The notes beneath the pieces were generated by a model. The model saw nothing but the letters and a program-made list of their open reading frames with translations. It ran no database searches and was not told where the DNA came from. Shown here piece by piece: positions 1 through 12,424 of a stretch of DNA of 64,000 bases (position 1 is its first letter; the number at the start of each line of letters is the position of its first letter). Location of the stretch: the NCBI RefSeq assembly GCF_009914755.1, contig NC_060939.1; one strand, given 5' to 3'. The position numbers and the translations under genes are program-made. This stretch comes from the human T2T-CHM13v2.0 reference genome, Homo sapiens.

Positions 1-140
1 AGCCCCTGCAGACCTTGATTTTAGCCCAGTGAGACCCGTATCAGACTGCTGAACTACAGAGCTATAAGATCATAAATTTGTGTTGTTTTAAGCCACTAAG
101 AGTGTGGTAATTGTTACAGCAGCCATAGAAAATTAATACA
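1..140 (+). mobile_element. MLT1 (MaLR) LTR, 3' part (MLT1C/D-like), cut by window edge
   Basis: Typical MLT1 3' end: ataaatttgtgttgttttaagccactaag...ggtaattgttacagcagccatagaaaattaataca. Confidence 0.85.
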
Positions 141-439
141 TCATACTAATGTATTTTATAAGAGTCATAATTACTCTGAAGAAGGTAATAACAGGAGAAG
201 GAGATAGCTGGCAAGTCTTTGTGGGATGGTGTATTTTCCCCCTCTGATATTGTGTTCAGGGAGGGCAACTTGGAGGAGATGGTAATCAGCAGAAACCTGA
301 ATGAGAAGGTGGAAATCTGGAAAGACAGTGTTGGAGGCAGAGGAAATGCCACAGCAGTCATGAGGGAGCTGCCCAGCGTTTTATGCTTGTGATTTAATGC
401 CAAAAGGACTTGGTATGAGTTTATCAGAAACAAGACATT

Positions 440-590
440 TGTTCGTTCGTTCGTTCATTCATTCATTCATTCATTCATTCAGTATTTTGTTCATTAATCA
501 TTTATTCATTCAACACATGTTTATTGAGTGGCTCTAATGTGCCAGGCGCTATTTCAGGTATTCAGAATATCACAGTAAACAAATCATTTC
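440..590 (-). mobile_element. L2 LINE 3' end with (TTCG)n(TTCA)n tail microsatellite
   Basis: ttcattcattca...aacacatgtttattgagtggctctaatgtgccaggc is the reverse complement of the L2 3' terminus. Confidence 0.75.
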
Positions 591-669
591 CACACTAGTC
601 TGTCCCTCAAGGCTTGGTTTCACCTGTATGTAGAATTCTTGATTCCAGAAGAAGGCACCAGATGCTCTT

Positions 670-976
670 TTCTTTTCTTTTCTTTCTTTTTTTTTTGAGA
701 CAGAGTCTCACTCACACTGTCACCTAGTCTGGAGTGCAGTGGCGTGATCTCGGCTCATTGCAACCTCCGGCCTCCCGAGTTCAAGCGATTCTCCTGCCTC
801 AGCCTCAGCTGAGATTACAGGCACCTGCCACCAGGCCCAGCTAATTTTTTTGGATTTTTAGTAGAGACAGAGTTTCACTATATCGGTCAGGCTGGTCTTG
901 AACTCCTGACCTCGTGATCCACCCACCTTGACCTCCCAAAGTGTTGGAATTACAGGTAGAGCCACTACGCCCAGCC
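670..976 (-). mobile_element. AluS (AluSg-like), full length
   Basis: Dimeric Alu with T-rich tail. Perfect 11-bp TSD cagatgctctt at 659-669 and 977-987. ctcctgacctcgtgatcc shows the 2-nt-shorter Sg/Sc/Y-type left arm. Confidence 0.95.
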
Positions 977-2239
977 CAGATGCTCTTCTATTAAATGTTC
1001 TCCTTTGATCCTGGGGAGATCATTGAGACTGTTAAGGTTCATATGAATCTACCCAAAGCGGGTGTGTTTGCCCTTCTAGATACTGGGTAGTGTCTGGGAA
1101 GTTCTTAACTCTGAAAATTTCTAAAAGGGACCAGTGCAAGAATAATCTTGTGCAATTAAAAAATTTAAATCCATCTTGTTCCAAAACAGTTACTGTATTG
1201 TCATAATAATATTAATAACAATCCATCACACACTTTTAATGTTTTGCATTGGTTTTTGGCACCTAATATGCCAGCATGATTCATCCCTTAGATGACTTGA
1301 AGTTTCCTGTAAAGTCGGAAAATACTTTATCTGTGCAGCCTTAGACACACACACACAAAATGAGTATTTCATTCAAACCTTTTGATCCACGCAAATATTT
1401 TTTACTTGCCAAATCCCTGAAGTTTTTTTCTTCCTGTTATAGTTAAATTTACTAATTTAGTCAGTGAGAAAGATAAGCAAGAATGTATTGGCGAAGTCAC
1501 CTATCTCTTCAAACAGCTGATGTTCTCGCAAATCAGAATTGATTTGAATTAAGGTGAATGATAAACGTGCACTGTCAGACCACTCCTGGGAGTCGACAGG
1601 GTGAGTTTTCAGGGTGAATTTTCTTTGTCCTCCTGGCCTCAGGCTGACTCTAGGTCTGTCTTTCTCTCCTTACCAAAGCTGACTTTATCTCTCTCTACCT
1701 CATTCCCTTCATCCCATTTCCAGCCCCGGCCATTGAGGTGGATGAAAGCTGAGCCTTGCTGCGCCAACTTGAGTCTCGTTCACCCTGAGCAGTCACAGAT
1801 GGGTCTTGTCTTTTCAGATGCTCCACGAGGCCATTGTCACAATTCCAAGAGCCTGCTGGGTGAGTCTGGGTCTGTGGGGAAACACTTGCAGGGACGTGGA
1901 CCCCTGAGATTCTGAAATGTGGGCGAGCAACTCTCCACATGTGGAAGTGTTGGCGGGACCCATTCATAGATTCCTGCTGTGTTGAGCAGCAGAAATCGCA
2001 AGATATATGGTCTTTTCTTTCACACACTCCCACCCCGCAGCCTGGAATGTTCCCCCTCCCAGCACTAACATTTTTGAATGTTCTGCTGAGCAGCTCTGGG
2101 TCATTCTAGGAAGTGAATACAAGAGAATACTCACCTTGAAATCAAGGAACACATTCCCTTGACTCCTGTGGACTCTTCCTCCTCCTTTGCAGATTGCTTC
2201 AAGTTCCTTTGCCCCTTGGTCCTATTCTTCCTTCAAATC

Positions 2240-2460
2240 TCATCTCAGAAATGCCTGGGAAGCCTTTTCTGGCCCATGCCTCTCACTCCAGATGCAAACT
2301 GTACCTTAGGCCTCCACATCCTTGGGCACGTCCTCTATCATGGCCCCCACTGGCTGAATCTTGAATTTTTGCTGCATTTGTCTCCCCAGGGATCTCCAGG
2401 AAGGCAGAGATCCAGACCCTGACATGTCCTGGGTGCTTAGAAAATGCTTGTTGAATGCAC
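2240..2460 (+). mobile_element. L2 3' fragment
   Basis: Ends gggtgcttagaaaatgcttgttgaatg, an L2-type terminus; highly diverged. Confidence 0.5.
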
Positions 2461-3744
2461 ATTCCTCAGGGCCAAAGGTAGAACTGAGCAGAGTATATCC
2501 TGGCTTAAGTGATTATAATATATACTTTACATAAATTACCTAAGAATAGTAGAGTCTGGAATTAAGAACGGTGCTAAATTGACATATGTACCTTGTGTGA
2601 GTAATGGCTTTTATAATTGACTAGATCATCTAAAAAACAGAAGAAGTACATGTTATACATATTAGCATTTTATAAGCATGTAATTTAAGCTTATAATTCT
2701 ACGTCAGTCATTGGAATTATGTTATATGTAGAAAATCAAACAGATGTTCAAAGGGGTGACCTGTCACTGTCCAAATTCAGAAAAATGGTAAAGGCTGTTC
2801 AAAACCAGCTTATGTGTCAATAAACATTGAAAGAGATATTCTTTTGATATTTAAAAACCAAACAAAATAAAGAGGCCATTCTTCCTAGAGGACAATTTGA
2901 GACAGAGTCAGTCAGAAGCAAAGATGAAAAGTCTTGCTTCCTTCTTTATTCCCAGTTGGTACAGAGAGAAGATACTAGGCATTTCTGACTTACGGAATTT
3001 CTCCTCTCCCATGGGTTCCTGCATTCATGTTTTCCAAAGCCCAAGGAATTATAGAGGTTTTTCCAGGACCTAAAAGAGAGCCTGACTGCCTGACTGATTA
3101 GGACATTCGTTGACCGGTGGACTCACATTGATAAAGCACCTATTATGTGCCAGCCACCTGGGATAAATCTAAAATAACATAAAGTTTCTTCTCTCTAAAA
3201 CTTAAATGTCTAAAAGATGTTGATTGGGTCAAGAAAAAACCTTAAATGTCATAGAGAGGTGTCTAGTCTTTAAGATCACCAGAAACCACAGATGATACTT
3301 GGTATCTCTACGTACCTTTAATAGTCAAACTTAATGGCTATACTTGTAATATTTTCAGGTTTTGGGGACCTGGATTTAATGTTCAGGTAGATTAAAATAA
3401 TGTGGGTTATTTTTTGTGCATTCTAGGAAACTTCAATTTGCTTTTAAAAGATACACTACTTTAATATTTTTTTTTTGGAATTAGGCAGAATGGAAAACAA
3501 ATAAATATACACATGAGTTTTGAATGGTCCCAAACTTGGATATAGAGAATAAGCCATTTGGCAGATAGATCTGCTTAAGTGCAAACCATTTCTGCATACT
3601 AATTATACGTATAATCAGATATGCATGAAAAGGTACACACACAGATAGTTATTATTGATCATGGATTAAAGGGCCTGAGAGCTGGAAAGGACCTAAGTTC
3701 ATGCATCCCACCTCCTTCATTTGTAAAACTCACCACTACAAGTA

Positions 3745-4140
3745 ATAATAATAATAATCATAAACTAGCAGTCATTTTCAGCACCTTATGTGATGTCCAC
3801 CAGGCTATAGTCTCCACAAAGGCAGGAGTCAGCTTTATTTACCGTTATATGCTTAGTGTCTACCTTGGTGCCTACCCATAGTTAGCACTCAGCCACTCAC
3901 AAGGCACAAATGAATGACATGTGCCAGGCTCTGTACCAGTCACTTCCCATACATCACTCCACTGAACCACCAAAACCGCCCATAGTCAGTATTACAATCT
4001 TTATTTTGCAGATGAAGTAACAAAGCCAGGAGAGGTACAGTAATGTGTTCAGGCTAACGGCTTGTTGTTAATGGAAAAGAGCAAAGATGAAAATTCAGAT
4101 CTCCTGACCTCCTGCTCTAGGAGTCTTTCCATTGACTATC
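3745..4140 (-). mobile_element. MIR SINE interrupted by an L2 3' fragment (+, ~3800-3916)
   Basis: taataataat...gcaccttatgtg, then L2 (ctccacaaaggcaggag...aaatgaatga), then MIR resumes catgtgccaggc...ttttgcagatgaagtaacaaagccaggagaggt. Confidence 0.7.
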
Positions 4141-5196
4141 TTACCGTCTCTGTGAGCATGTACTCTGGTGTGTGCTAAAGATCAAACTTGGATTAATGTC
4201 TATAAACAAGGTATGATTATCACCAAATTAATTAGTGAAGGTCATATTTACACTTCACCAAGTGTCAACTGGAGTTATTTGAAAGAAGATTGCCTCAATT
4301 TATTGCAGTCAGTCATTGTTGCCCCTCCATAATAGGCAGCGAGCTTGAATTTCACAAATCTATGTGAATTGCTATCTTGCATTTCTTAGAAGAGACTGAG
4401 CCTCAGTCAGTATTTTTATAGTAGGACAGTTCTGTGGAAGACTCTGGGTGTTACTTAAGCTAATAAATGACTATCCTTCAAAACAGAATTACAGGCAATA
4501 ACCTAATTAATGAAGGTGGTAACAGAGACTCTTTGTTTACAATGTCCCCATTGCCCAAGTTTGGTCACTGGCTGGACTATCTGTGTCCCCAGTGATTTAC
4601 GAATCCAAAGGAAAGTGGAGAAAACATAAAATTTATTTTTCCACAATTTGAGGCATGAGCTTCTCTAGCATTTCAGAGCCCTACATTTCTGTGATGGGCT
4701 TTGATTCAATCCAGCCTGAATGAAAGACATTTCATCACCCCAGAATGCATTTCTTTATTTGCCTTGGATCTATGATTCTGTCAGTATTGAGAGAAAAGAA
4801 AAATCAATGCTGCACTATAAACCTCGGGCCGCCTCTGGCCAACGTGGTCAGCATGGTGTGAGCAAAGGAAATGGCAGGGGAAAAAATTGACCGCTCAGCA
4901 AGAGTGTGGCCAGTAACGGACACAGCTCAGGGCTAATAACAGCTTGCAATTACACATGGAAAGCCATAGCGTGTAGGGCATTCAGTGCGAGGGGGATGTA
5001 ATACAATTTATTGAACCACCGGTTAGAGTTCTGCAGCTTCTCAATAAAAAAAGAGCGTTAGGCCTGTACTCCTTAAAACACAGACTTACATAGTGCCGAC
5101 AGGTGAAGGAGACTTGGAAAACTGGAAAGACTTGTCTTAGCTGGAGAGCAATCAGAAGATGACTATAGCCTATTTGCATTTAAAATTATGCATCTA

Positions 5197-5473
<277 letters not shown>

Positions 5474-7029
5474 TTAGGTATCTATCTATATATTAATCAA
5501 TCAGATTTGGTGCACACATAGAGTTTTGGCATCTACTTATTCTGTCTCTCTCTCCATAAAATTCCAGTTTAGGGATCTGTGTCTGACCATATCTAAAACC
5601 AAGTTAACAGTAATAAACAAACAAATATACAGATGCTGAATATATACATTTTGTGGTAAAACATGCAGAAACTATCCACGCTTGGTACTTCACTAGCAGC
5701 TTTGCTGATGCATTCTGCCCTGGTCATCCACTTTCTTAGCTCCCCAGTGAAGAGTCTCTTTTCTTCTGGTCTTTAACAAATAAGGAGTCAGAGAAACAGA
5801 AGTAAGAGTGATTAGCATGTTCTGACTAGCCTTTCAAGTCCTCTAAAGATGTCAGAAGAACATGGCTGTGAACACTGAACCTGCTAGTTCCTACCTTAGA
5901 TGGGACTCATCTTCACTGGGTCGTGAATTCTCTTGCTGGAGAAGTTCCTCTCTGCGTGTAAAAAGATTTTCAGGGTGACTACTTCTCACTAGTTTTTCTA
6001 TTTTTGCTGTTCTGCAGATAACCCTGTGAGTGTGTCCAGAAACCTCAAAATCATTTTTGGAGACACTGCAGCAGATTTGGTTTTTCTCAGAGCACTTCTG
6101 CAGCTGCTGAATGCTTGCAGGCACAGGGGTCTCCTGCTTTTCAGACTTTTCCACTACTCCCTTTTCTGTAAGTAGAAATTGTTGTGAACCAGGTGGAGCA
6201 AAGACATACTAGCTAATTGAAATTTTTATGTAAATGATTTTTGTGCACTCATACTGCCAGGGGAGATTTTAGGTAAAACACTGAGCAGATCTCAGGCCTT
6301 CTGTTGCTGGGTGGTAAAGGAGGTCTTTGTGGCCACGGGAGGGCTGTTTGCTTGGTGATGAGGTAAGCACCCTTTAAACTTTCTTGCTCTTGTGATCTAG
6401 CATTTAAATTGATGCCAAATCTGGGAGGGGTAGAATAGTGCTCCAGTAATTACTCGGGGAAGGGTTGGGTCCTTTGAGCTTGGCAAATGTATTTATTACT
6501 TAGTTTGGCACATTTACCCAAGGCACAATATTGGCTTGGGCAAGCAGCAGGATTTCAGCACTGGGGTGGAGGGTGAGCACCAGTGAGTTGGCAGAGAGCC
6601 ATCTTTGAACTCCACATTTGCTCTGGGTGACTAAAGGCCATATGAAATTAATGGAACCAAACTAGGTGACCTGTGAGCTCTCTGTCCCCCTTACGGCAAA
6701 GTCAAATGTGGATGGGAAGAGGGCAGAGGGGAGGGAAGTGGAGCTCGCCTTCCCTGTCCCAGAAAGTAGCTGAGCTAGGTTCCTATTGTCCAGTGACACA
6801 CACAGCCACTCCTCGCTCTCCCCTCCTCAAAAGGAACAAGACCCTTCCTTTCCTTGATTCTGTCCAGTACAATCAGTCTCACCCACCCACCCATACCCTT
6901 CTCTTCTAATTTCTCTCTTCTCTGCGGCACAAGACTCGTGGGGGTGTGCACACACACATGCACACATGCACACCCTCACACACAGCCGCTGACCTGGAGG
7001 TGTTAGCCACTCTGCAGCTGCTGTTCTTC

Positions 7030-7410
7030 TCACATTAATCTATAGGAATCAATGGACATTTCATTAGAGTAATCAAGTGCGGATGCATCCTGCATTTATA
7101 TTCTGTCCCCCCACCCCGCTGCTTTCACAGACTAATTGGTCCTAAAGCCAAGAGTACATGGATATTTTTCCCTACAGATGAATGTCAAGAACAGTTTTTT
7201 ACTGCTGGTTGAAATACCTATCAATACGGCGTCTGTATAAAAGCCTTTGCCCATCAAAGCCGCAGAGCTGTTGATAATACATTATGCACTCTTGGTTCTA
7301 ATGCATCTCACTTCCTTTTTTACACCTTACTGCACATCCATGCGCCATTTATGTTTGTCTCATTCAAAGAATTAACCAGCTTTGGGCTGCCTTTGTTTTA
7401 ATGTTTAGCC
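7030..7410. promoter_or_regulatory. Candidate conserved enhancer block
   Basis: Repeat-free; TCF/LEF ATCAAAG 7253-7259 and TTCAAAG 7363-7369; several TAAT/ATTA and ATCAAT cores; TATAAAAG 7236-7243; several retained CpGs. Confidence 0.4.
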
Positions 7411-8349
7411 CCAGAAGCAATTTTTCCCTCTTTGTGTGTGCTGTCGACCATTACAGGGTGGCTTGCAGTAAGGAGCCAGAAAGGGAAAGTGGCCTGGTGT
7501 TCGTTTGGGGGCTGCCTTTTTCAACTCTGTTCTTCCTTTCTCACCATTAAATACACTTTTTCTTTCCAGAATTACGTGCCAGGTGAAGGGTACAGAGAAC
7601 ATCTTTGTTCTGAGTAGACTTTTTTGTGACTGTGGTTGATAAAGCAGACAGACAGAAGAGGTTCCTGTTTCCCTCCTCGGTAAACGTGTGGCCAGGCATG
7701 GTAATGGTCTGAGGCTGATGGGAACAGAAAGGTCAAATGGATGAAAAAGCGTCGGCTTTAAAATACGTGTACAACTAGAGGCGGTGACCAAGCTGAGGAC
7801 TGTGGCCTAGGATAATGACCGCAGGCTCTGTTCATCCCTGACCCCATCCCAACCGTGTCTGCCTGTGGCACAGCCAGGAAAACACTGGGAAAATTAAAGA
7901 TGGGAATAGGCTCTTGGAGAAATTTGCAGACTTTGCTGACTTCTAGAAAGTGGGGAGATGTTGGATTAGCAGATGAACTATTTTCTAAAGGGTTTTTTTT
8001 TTTTTCTAGCAGGGAAGTTGAAGGAAGAGGTGTGGGTGTTCAGATAACAAGCTGGGTTGTCCCTGGGAGTAAATGGAAGGCCAGTGAGGGGAGTGTCAGG
8101 GTCAGTCATCTTTACTGCTATGTAGGGAATTGAGAGTAGAAGAAAAAGCCAGAGGGCTGAGTTCTAGTGAATGCCTTTGTTCCACTTAATCATTGTTCTC
8201 ACTTAACTCTGCTTTCTCTGCAAGGCAAATTTGTGTAACTCGGGAAGGTCATGACTGCCTATTGCATTCTTGCTTTCACAATGAGAGGTCACACGGTACT
8301 GTTTCCAGTCATTACAGTAGTAAGCCAAGGAATGTATGATTGATTCCCC

Positions 8350-8565
8350 TGCAGGGTAGACTCGGAAGTACCTGGGCTTTATCCATGTGTGGCCTTGGGC
8401 AAGTCACGGTGTCATCTTGAGCCTCTGTTTCCTCATCTGTAAAACAGTAATAATGTTAATATCCACCCTGAAGACTGTTGCAAAGATTGGAGTTCAAATA
8501 TTCAGAGCTGTTTTATGAAATGAGAAATACTACATGAATATAAAGCATTATGATTATGATTATAA
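8350..8565 (+). mobile_element. MIR SINE
   Basis: Core tgtgtggccttgggcaagtcac...gagcctctgtttcctcatctgtaaaa. Confidence 0.85.
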
Positions 8566-8599
8566 TATAAAGTTTTCCATTGACAATGCAAATATGCTC

Positions 8600-8730
8600 T
8601 TAATAAACATGTATTTATTGTATACCAAGTGCCATATGCCATGCTAGACACCTTTCGATCCACTCTCTTGTTTAATCCTCGCTGGAGCCCTGTACATCAC
8701 CCACATTTTGCAAATGAGAGGTGAAGTCAT
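8600..8730 (-). mobile_element. MIR fragment
   Basis: atttattgtataccaagtgcc...tttaatcctc...cccacattttgcaaatgag. Confidence 0.55.
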
Positions 8731-9849
8731 CCACCTCCCACCATTTGCCTTCCAATTCTGTGACCCCTCAGGTGCCTCTTCACCACATGCTGGGGTAGTT
8801 GCTCCCCACCCTTCCCATCCCTTCTTTGCATGTGGAACCTGGCGGCTGCTGGGGAGGAGGTGCTGTTGATGGACCCACTGGTGAACCCTCGGTCTACAGT
8901 GGGATCTCTGCTGTATGCATGTCTGCTCTGGGGGTGGGGTCAGCAGAAGACATATTCTCGTCATCCCAAATGGAAGCTCAAAATCTGCTATTAAGGAAGT
9001 TGTGTGCAATAGATGATGGTTAAGTTGGCTATCATGGGCAGCCCTGGTAATTTTTACTAGCAATGCTGTGTCCTTGGGAAATGCAAGTCCAAATCACTTT
9101 TCGAGGCCCATCCAGATTGTAATTTGAAGTCTGCACATGCTTTAAATTAAAAGCAAAGAGTGGTTCAGATGGCTAGGGTTGTGGGCTTTCAATTACCACC
9201 ATGGTTGAGATCAAGAAACTAGCAAGTTTCCAGAAAGCTTTGTTTTTGAGTTTTGGACCCAACAATGCCCTTTGGGTTTGTTTTCAAAGTTATTTGCTAT
9301 ACTATTACAGCATTTGTGGGCTCTACTGATTAGAGCTGGGGCTTTCTTGGGGTCAACACAAAACTGCCTTAGCCATCTGTCCCTCAGATGAGCAAATGTG
9401 TATGTCTCTCCTGACATAGCTGCGCATCTTGGGCCTTCTCTTATGCCTTCTTGCGCTGCTCTCATTTCCCAGTCCCTGCAGACTTGGGCCCAGTATTAAG
9501 AGCTATGCACAAAGCTACTTCTGCAGATTCTGCAGATCTCATCCTGCCTCCAGCAGAAGGCTATGGTTTGCAGGAGTAGAGGAAAATACTTCTCACTGAC
9601 TTGATCTTAGTAGGATTGTGAAAATGACAGTGAAGACCAGAAGTGACCTTCTGGTGTGTAAAATCTCAAGCCTTGGATATTCATGGATGTCAGATCCATG
9701 GATTAATAAAGAAACAAGGTCTTTGGTGGTCTGTGTCCCAAACTTTCTGAAGTTGATATCTCTGAAGGTAACCAAATTCTCCCTTACCTCATGACACTGG
9801 TGGCACCATATAAAGAAGATTCCTAGGTGAAAGATCATGGGGCTGCCCA

Positions 9850-10205
9850 CATGACAGTAGTGATACAGTAGAAACCGAATGGCTTACAGAGTTGGTCAGA
9901 CAATCATGTGGATCCCTGAACCAGTGGTTCCAAGTGAGATGTGTAATTTTGGGGTGATTATAGATCATAACAAATCCTCACTTTATGCATGAGTAAAATG
10001 AAGATAATAATTGTACTTATCTTACGTGGTGTTGTGAGGATTGAGCAAGATTGTATATTGAAGTATTAGCATTGTGTCCAGAATACTGCCTCAGTAAATA
10101 TTGCCCCTTATTATTATTATTTGTAAGTTTGTATTAAGATTAAATGAGTTACTATGTAAAGCACCTGGAATATCTCCTTGCACACAATAGGCCCTTCTTA
10201 ACTAT
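9850..10205 (+). mobile_element. MIR plus a second MIR 3' fragment
   Basis: gtaaaatgaagataataattgtacttatcttacgtggtgttgtgaggattgag; later aagattaaatgagttactatgtaaagcacctgg. Confidence 0.7.
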
Positions 10206-11198
10206 TGGGAGTCCCTTACCCCCACCCCAAAAGAAAAGAATGTTAAAAATTCTTACATCTATTTCTGCATGACGTTTCTCCTCCAAATCCTTGTGGTTTG
10301 CCCAAGAGGGAAACACAAGACAATTCCTCATATTCACTGACATCTTCTGAGACAGATTTCCCTCCCTGAACTTTATTTTAATGTCTGTGCATTTAGCAAT
10401 CTTGTTGCACTGTGTACATTACTGAGACAGTTTCTTTGAGGGAAATTGAAGCCAGGGGAAGATTCTGGGAATTGCACAGTGCTTGGTCGCAAGAATTCCA
10501 AGGGGCTTTCTACTTCGTTTTACTAGCAAACATCATTGGAACTCAGCTGATTCCTGAAGGCTGTGGGGTTTGTCTAATTTTCTTCAGGAATTGGACTGAA
10601 AGTTGCTATGAAATTCTCAATTCAGTGTCTGGCCTGTTCTCCTACGTGCACTGCTAGCATCTTGACTTAGTAATGTGGTGATTCATTTATTCACTAACTC
10701 TCTTGAGCAACTATTGTCTGCTGCTATTCAGAAACAAATTCCAATTTGTTACCATGAATATTGGGGAGGAGATGAAAATATGGGAAGATATTTGGAGGAT
10801 AAAATGTGAGGGGGAAACTCCAGTTCTGGGGGCTCAGAGAGCAAGACAATAAGGTGGAGAGGGTGGCAGCTGGGTGGGGAGCAGGAAAGGGATTTTGCAG
10901 GAAGAAATTCTGCAAAGGAGCTATTACAGAGGAGGCAGCAGAGCAGAGAGGCGAAGAGGTGGGAGACAGGAGCACGCCAAATTGCTGGTTGCCAGTGTAA
11001 GGGGAAGAAATTGACAATGCAGAGAGCCAAGCCACGTGAGCAGCACCTTCTCCTGTACTTGACCCTATACTGAGCACACATAGTTATTGCTGCCCATGTT
11101 ACAGGTCTTCTCTGAGCCCTCCATCTTTGCTCCTTATAGTAATAAGCAAAGATAACTTCTAAATGTTAGATCTATTCTTAAACAAGATCACAAATCCT

Positions 11199-11660
11199 TA
11201 TAGCAGAAGCTGTTGGTGTCCTGCTCACACCCCCTCCACACTCATGTTCTCAAAAGGCTGATGGCTTCCTACTGCAAGTGTCTGAGGCTGTCTGTGCCTG
11301 CAGGAGTGTGCTTTGCTGCCACATAGGAAGGCCAGGAGTGCTGGAGGTTAATATCTTGCTTGTATAGCCCTTGGTCAATGAAGAATGGGAGCTGCTGAAC
11401 ATATATCCCAGCATCCTCACCTTGTATGATGTTCTGGCCCTGAGGAATTTCTCACTATCTCTCAGAAGTCCGCAGTGGGGCTGAGCCCCAGTTACCCTCA
11501 GCAGCAGTCTGTTCACTGATGCCGTCTATACACCATTCATCTCCTTCCTGTTTCACTTTCCCTCTCCTCTACCACTGCTTCCTGACTTCTCCCGCCAAAT
11601 AAACTACTTGTACTCCAATCTTTGTCTTGGGATGTTTTTGGTAACACCAAACAGAAAATA
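11199..11660 (+). mobile_element. LTR16-family (ERVL) solo LTR
   Basis: Starts tatagcagaagctgttggtgtcc; 3' part ccaaataaactacttgtactccaatctttgtcttggg matches the LTR16A/C end. Confidence 0.75.
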
Positions 11661-11679
11661 ACCCCTATCTTCAAACTTT

Positions 11680-12085
11680 TGTTCATTCATTCGTTCATTC
11701 ATTCTTTTGTTCTTGTTTATTGACATCTCACTATGCCAGGCTCTGTGCTACCTGCTGAACTGGGAAAGTTTCGCTTTTTCCTTCTTGTATCCATCCCCCA
11801 CCTCCATCATCATCACTACTGCCCCACAGGTCCTGGAAGAGAGCCCAGCTCACAGGAAGTGCTCAATAAACACCTGCTAAGTGAAAAGAAATAAATGCCT
11901 CTGTGGAAGAGCCCTGCAGACCTTCTGAATTCTGAATTCAGGATTACAGGACTTCAGAATTAGTCGTGTTGTTTTCCCACTGTGTGACCTTGAACAAGAT
12001 GCTTTGCCTATGTGGATGTCATTTTGCTCATTGAAAAAAAAAAAGAGATGGGGTTTGAATTACATGATTTCTAAAGTTTCATTCA
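11680..12085. mobile_element. Cluster of L2 3' ends (- then +) and a MIR3-like fragment (+)
   Basis: ttcattcattcg...tttattgacatctcactatgccaggc; gtgctcaataaacacctgctaagtgaa; ctgtgtgaccttgaacaag...gatttctaaagtttcattcag. Confidence 0.6.
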
Positions 12086-12424
12086 GGTAGGAGTCATGTG
12101 TACAGTCATGGAGTATACATGGCCTTTCTCAAATATGTGTGTCGTTGTCCTCTTGAATAGAAATTCTAGTATGTGCTTGTGGCTCTGGCTGAACTCAGAT
12201 CCTTTATTCTGCAGCAAAATCTATTATAGCAAAGGAAGTAGAAAACATAATCCAATAACATTTGGTTTGTAATCTGAATATTCATATGGCTTTCCTGTGG
12301 TGTTACAAATTTCAGTTTTTCTGATTAGGATCATGAACTGGAAGTTCATATAAGCTGAATGCATCACTGGAGCCTCTCTTGCCAGGAAGAATGAAAACAA
12401 ATCCTGGCTAAAATCCCAGCCATG

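Noticed and set aside
7405-11081. ORFs of 100-139 aa in unique DNA (7405-7791, 8644-9063, 10724-11077)
   Set aside because: No recognisable domain or exon structure; lengths are compatible with chance.
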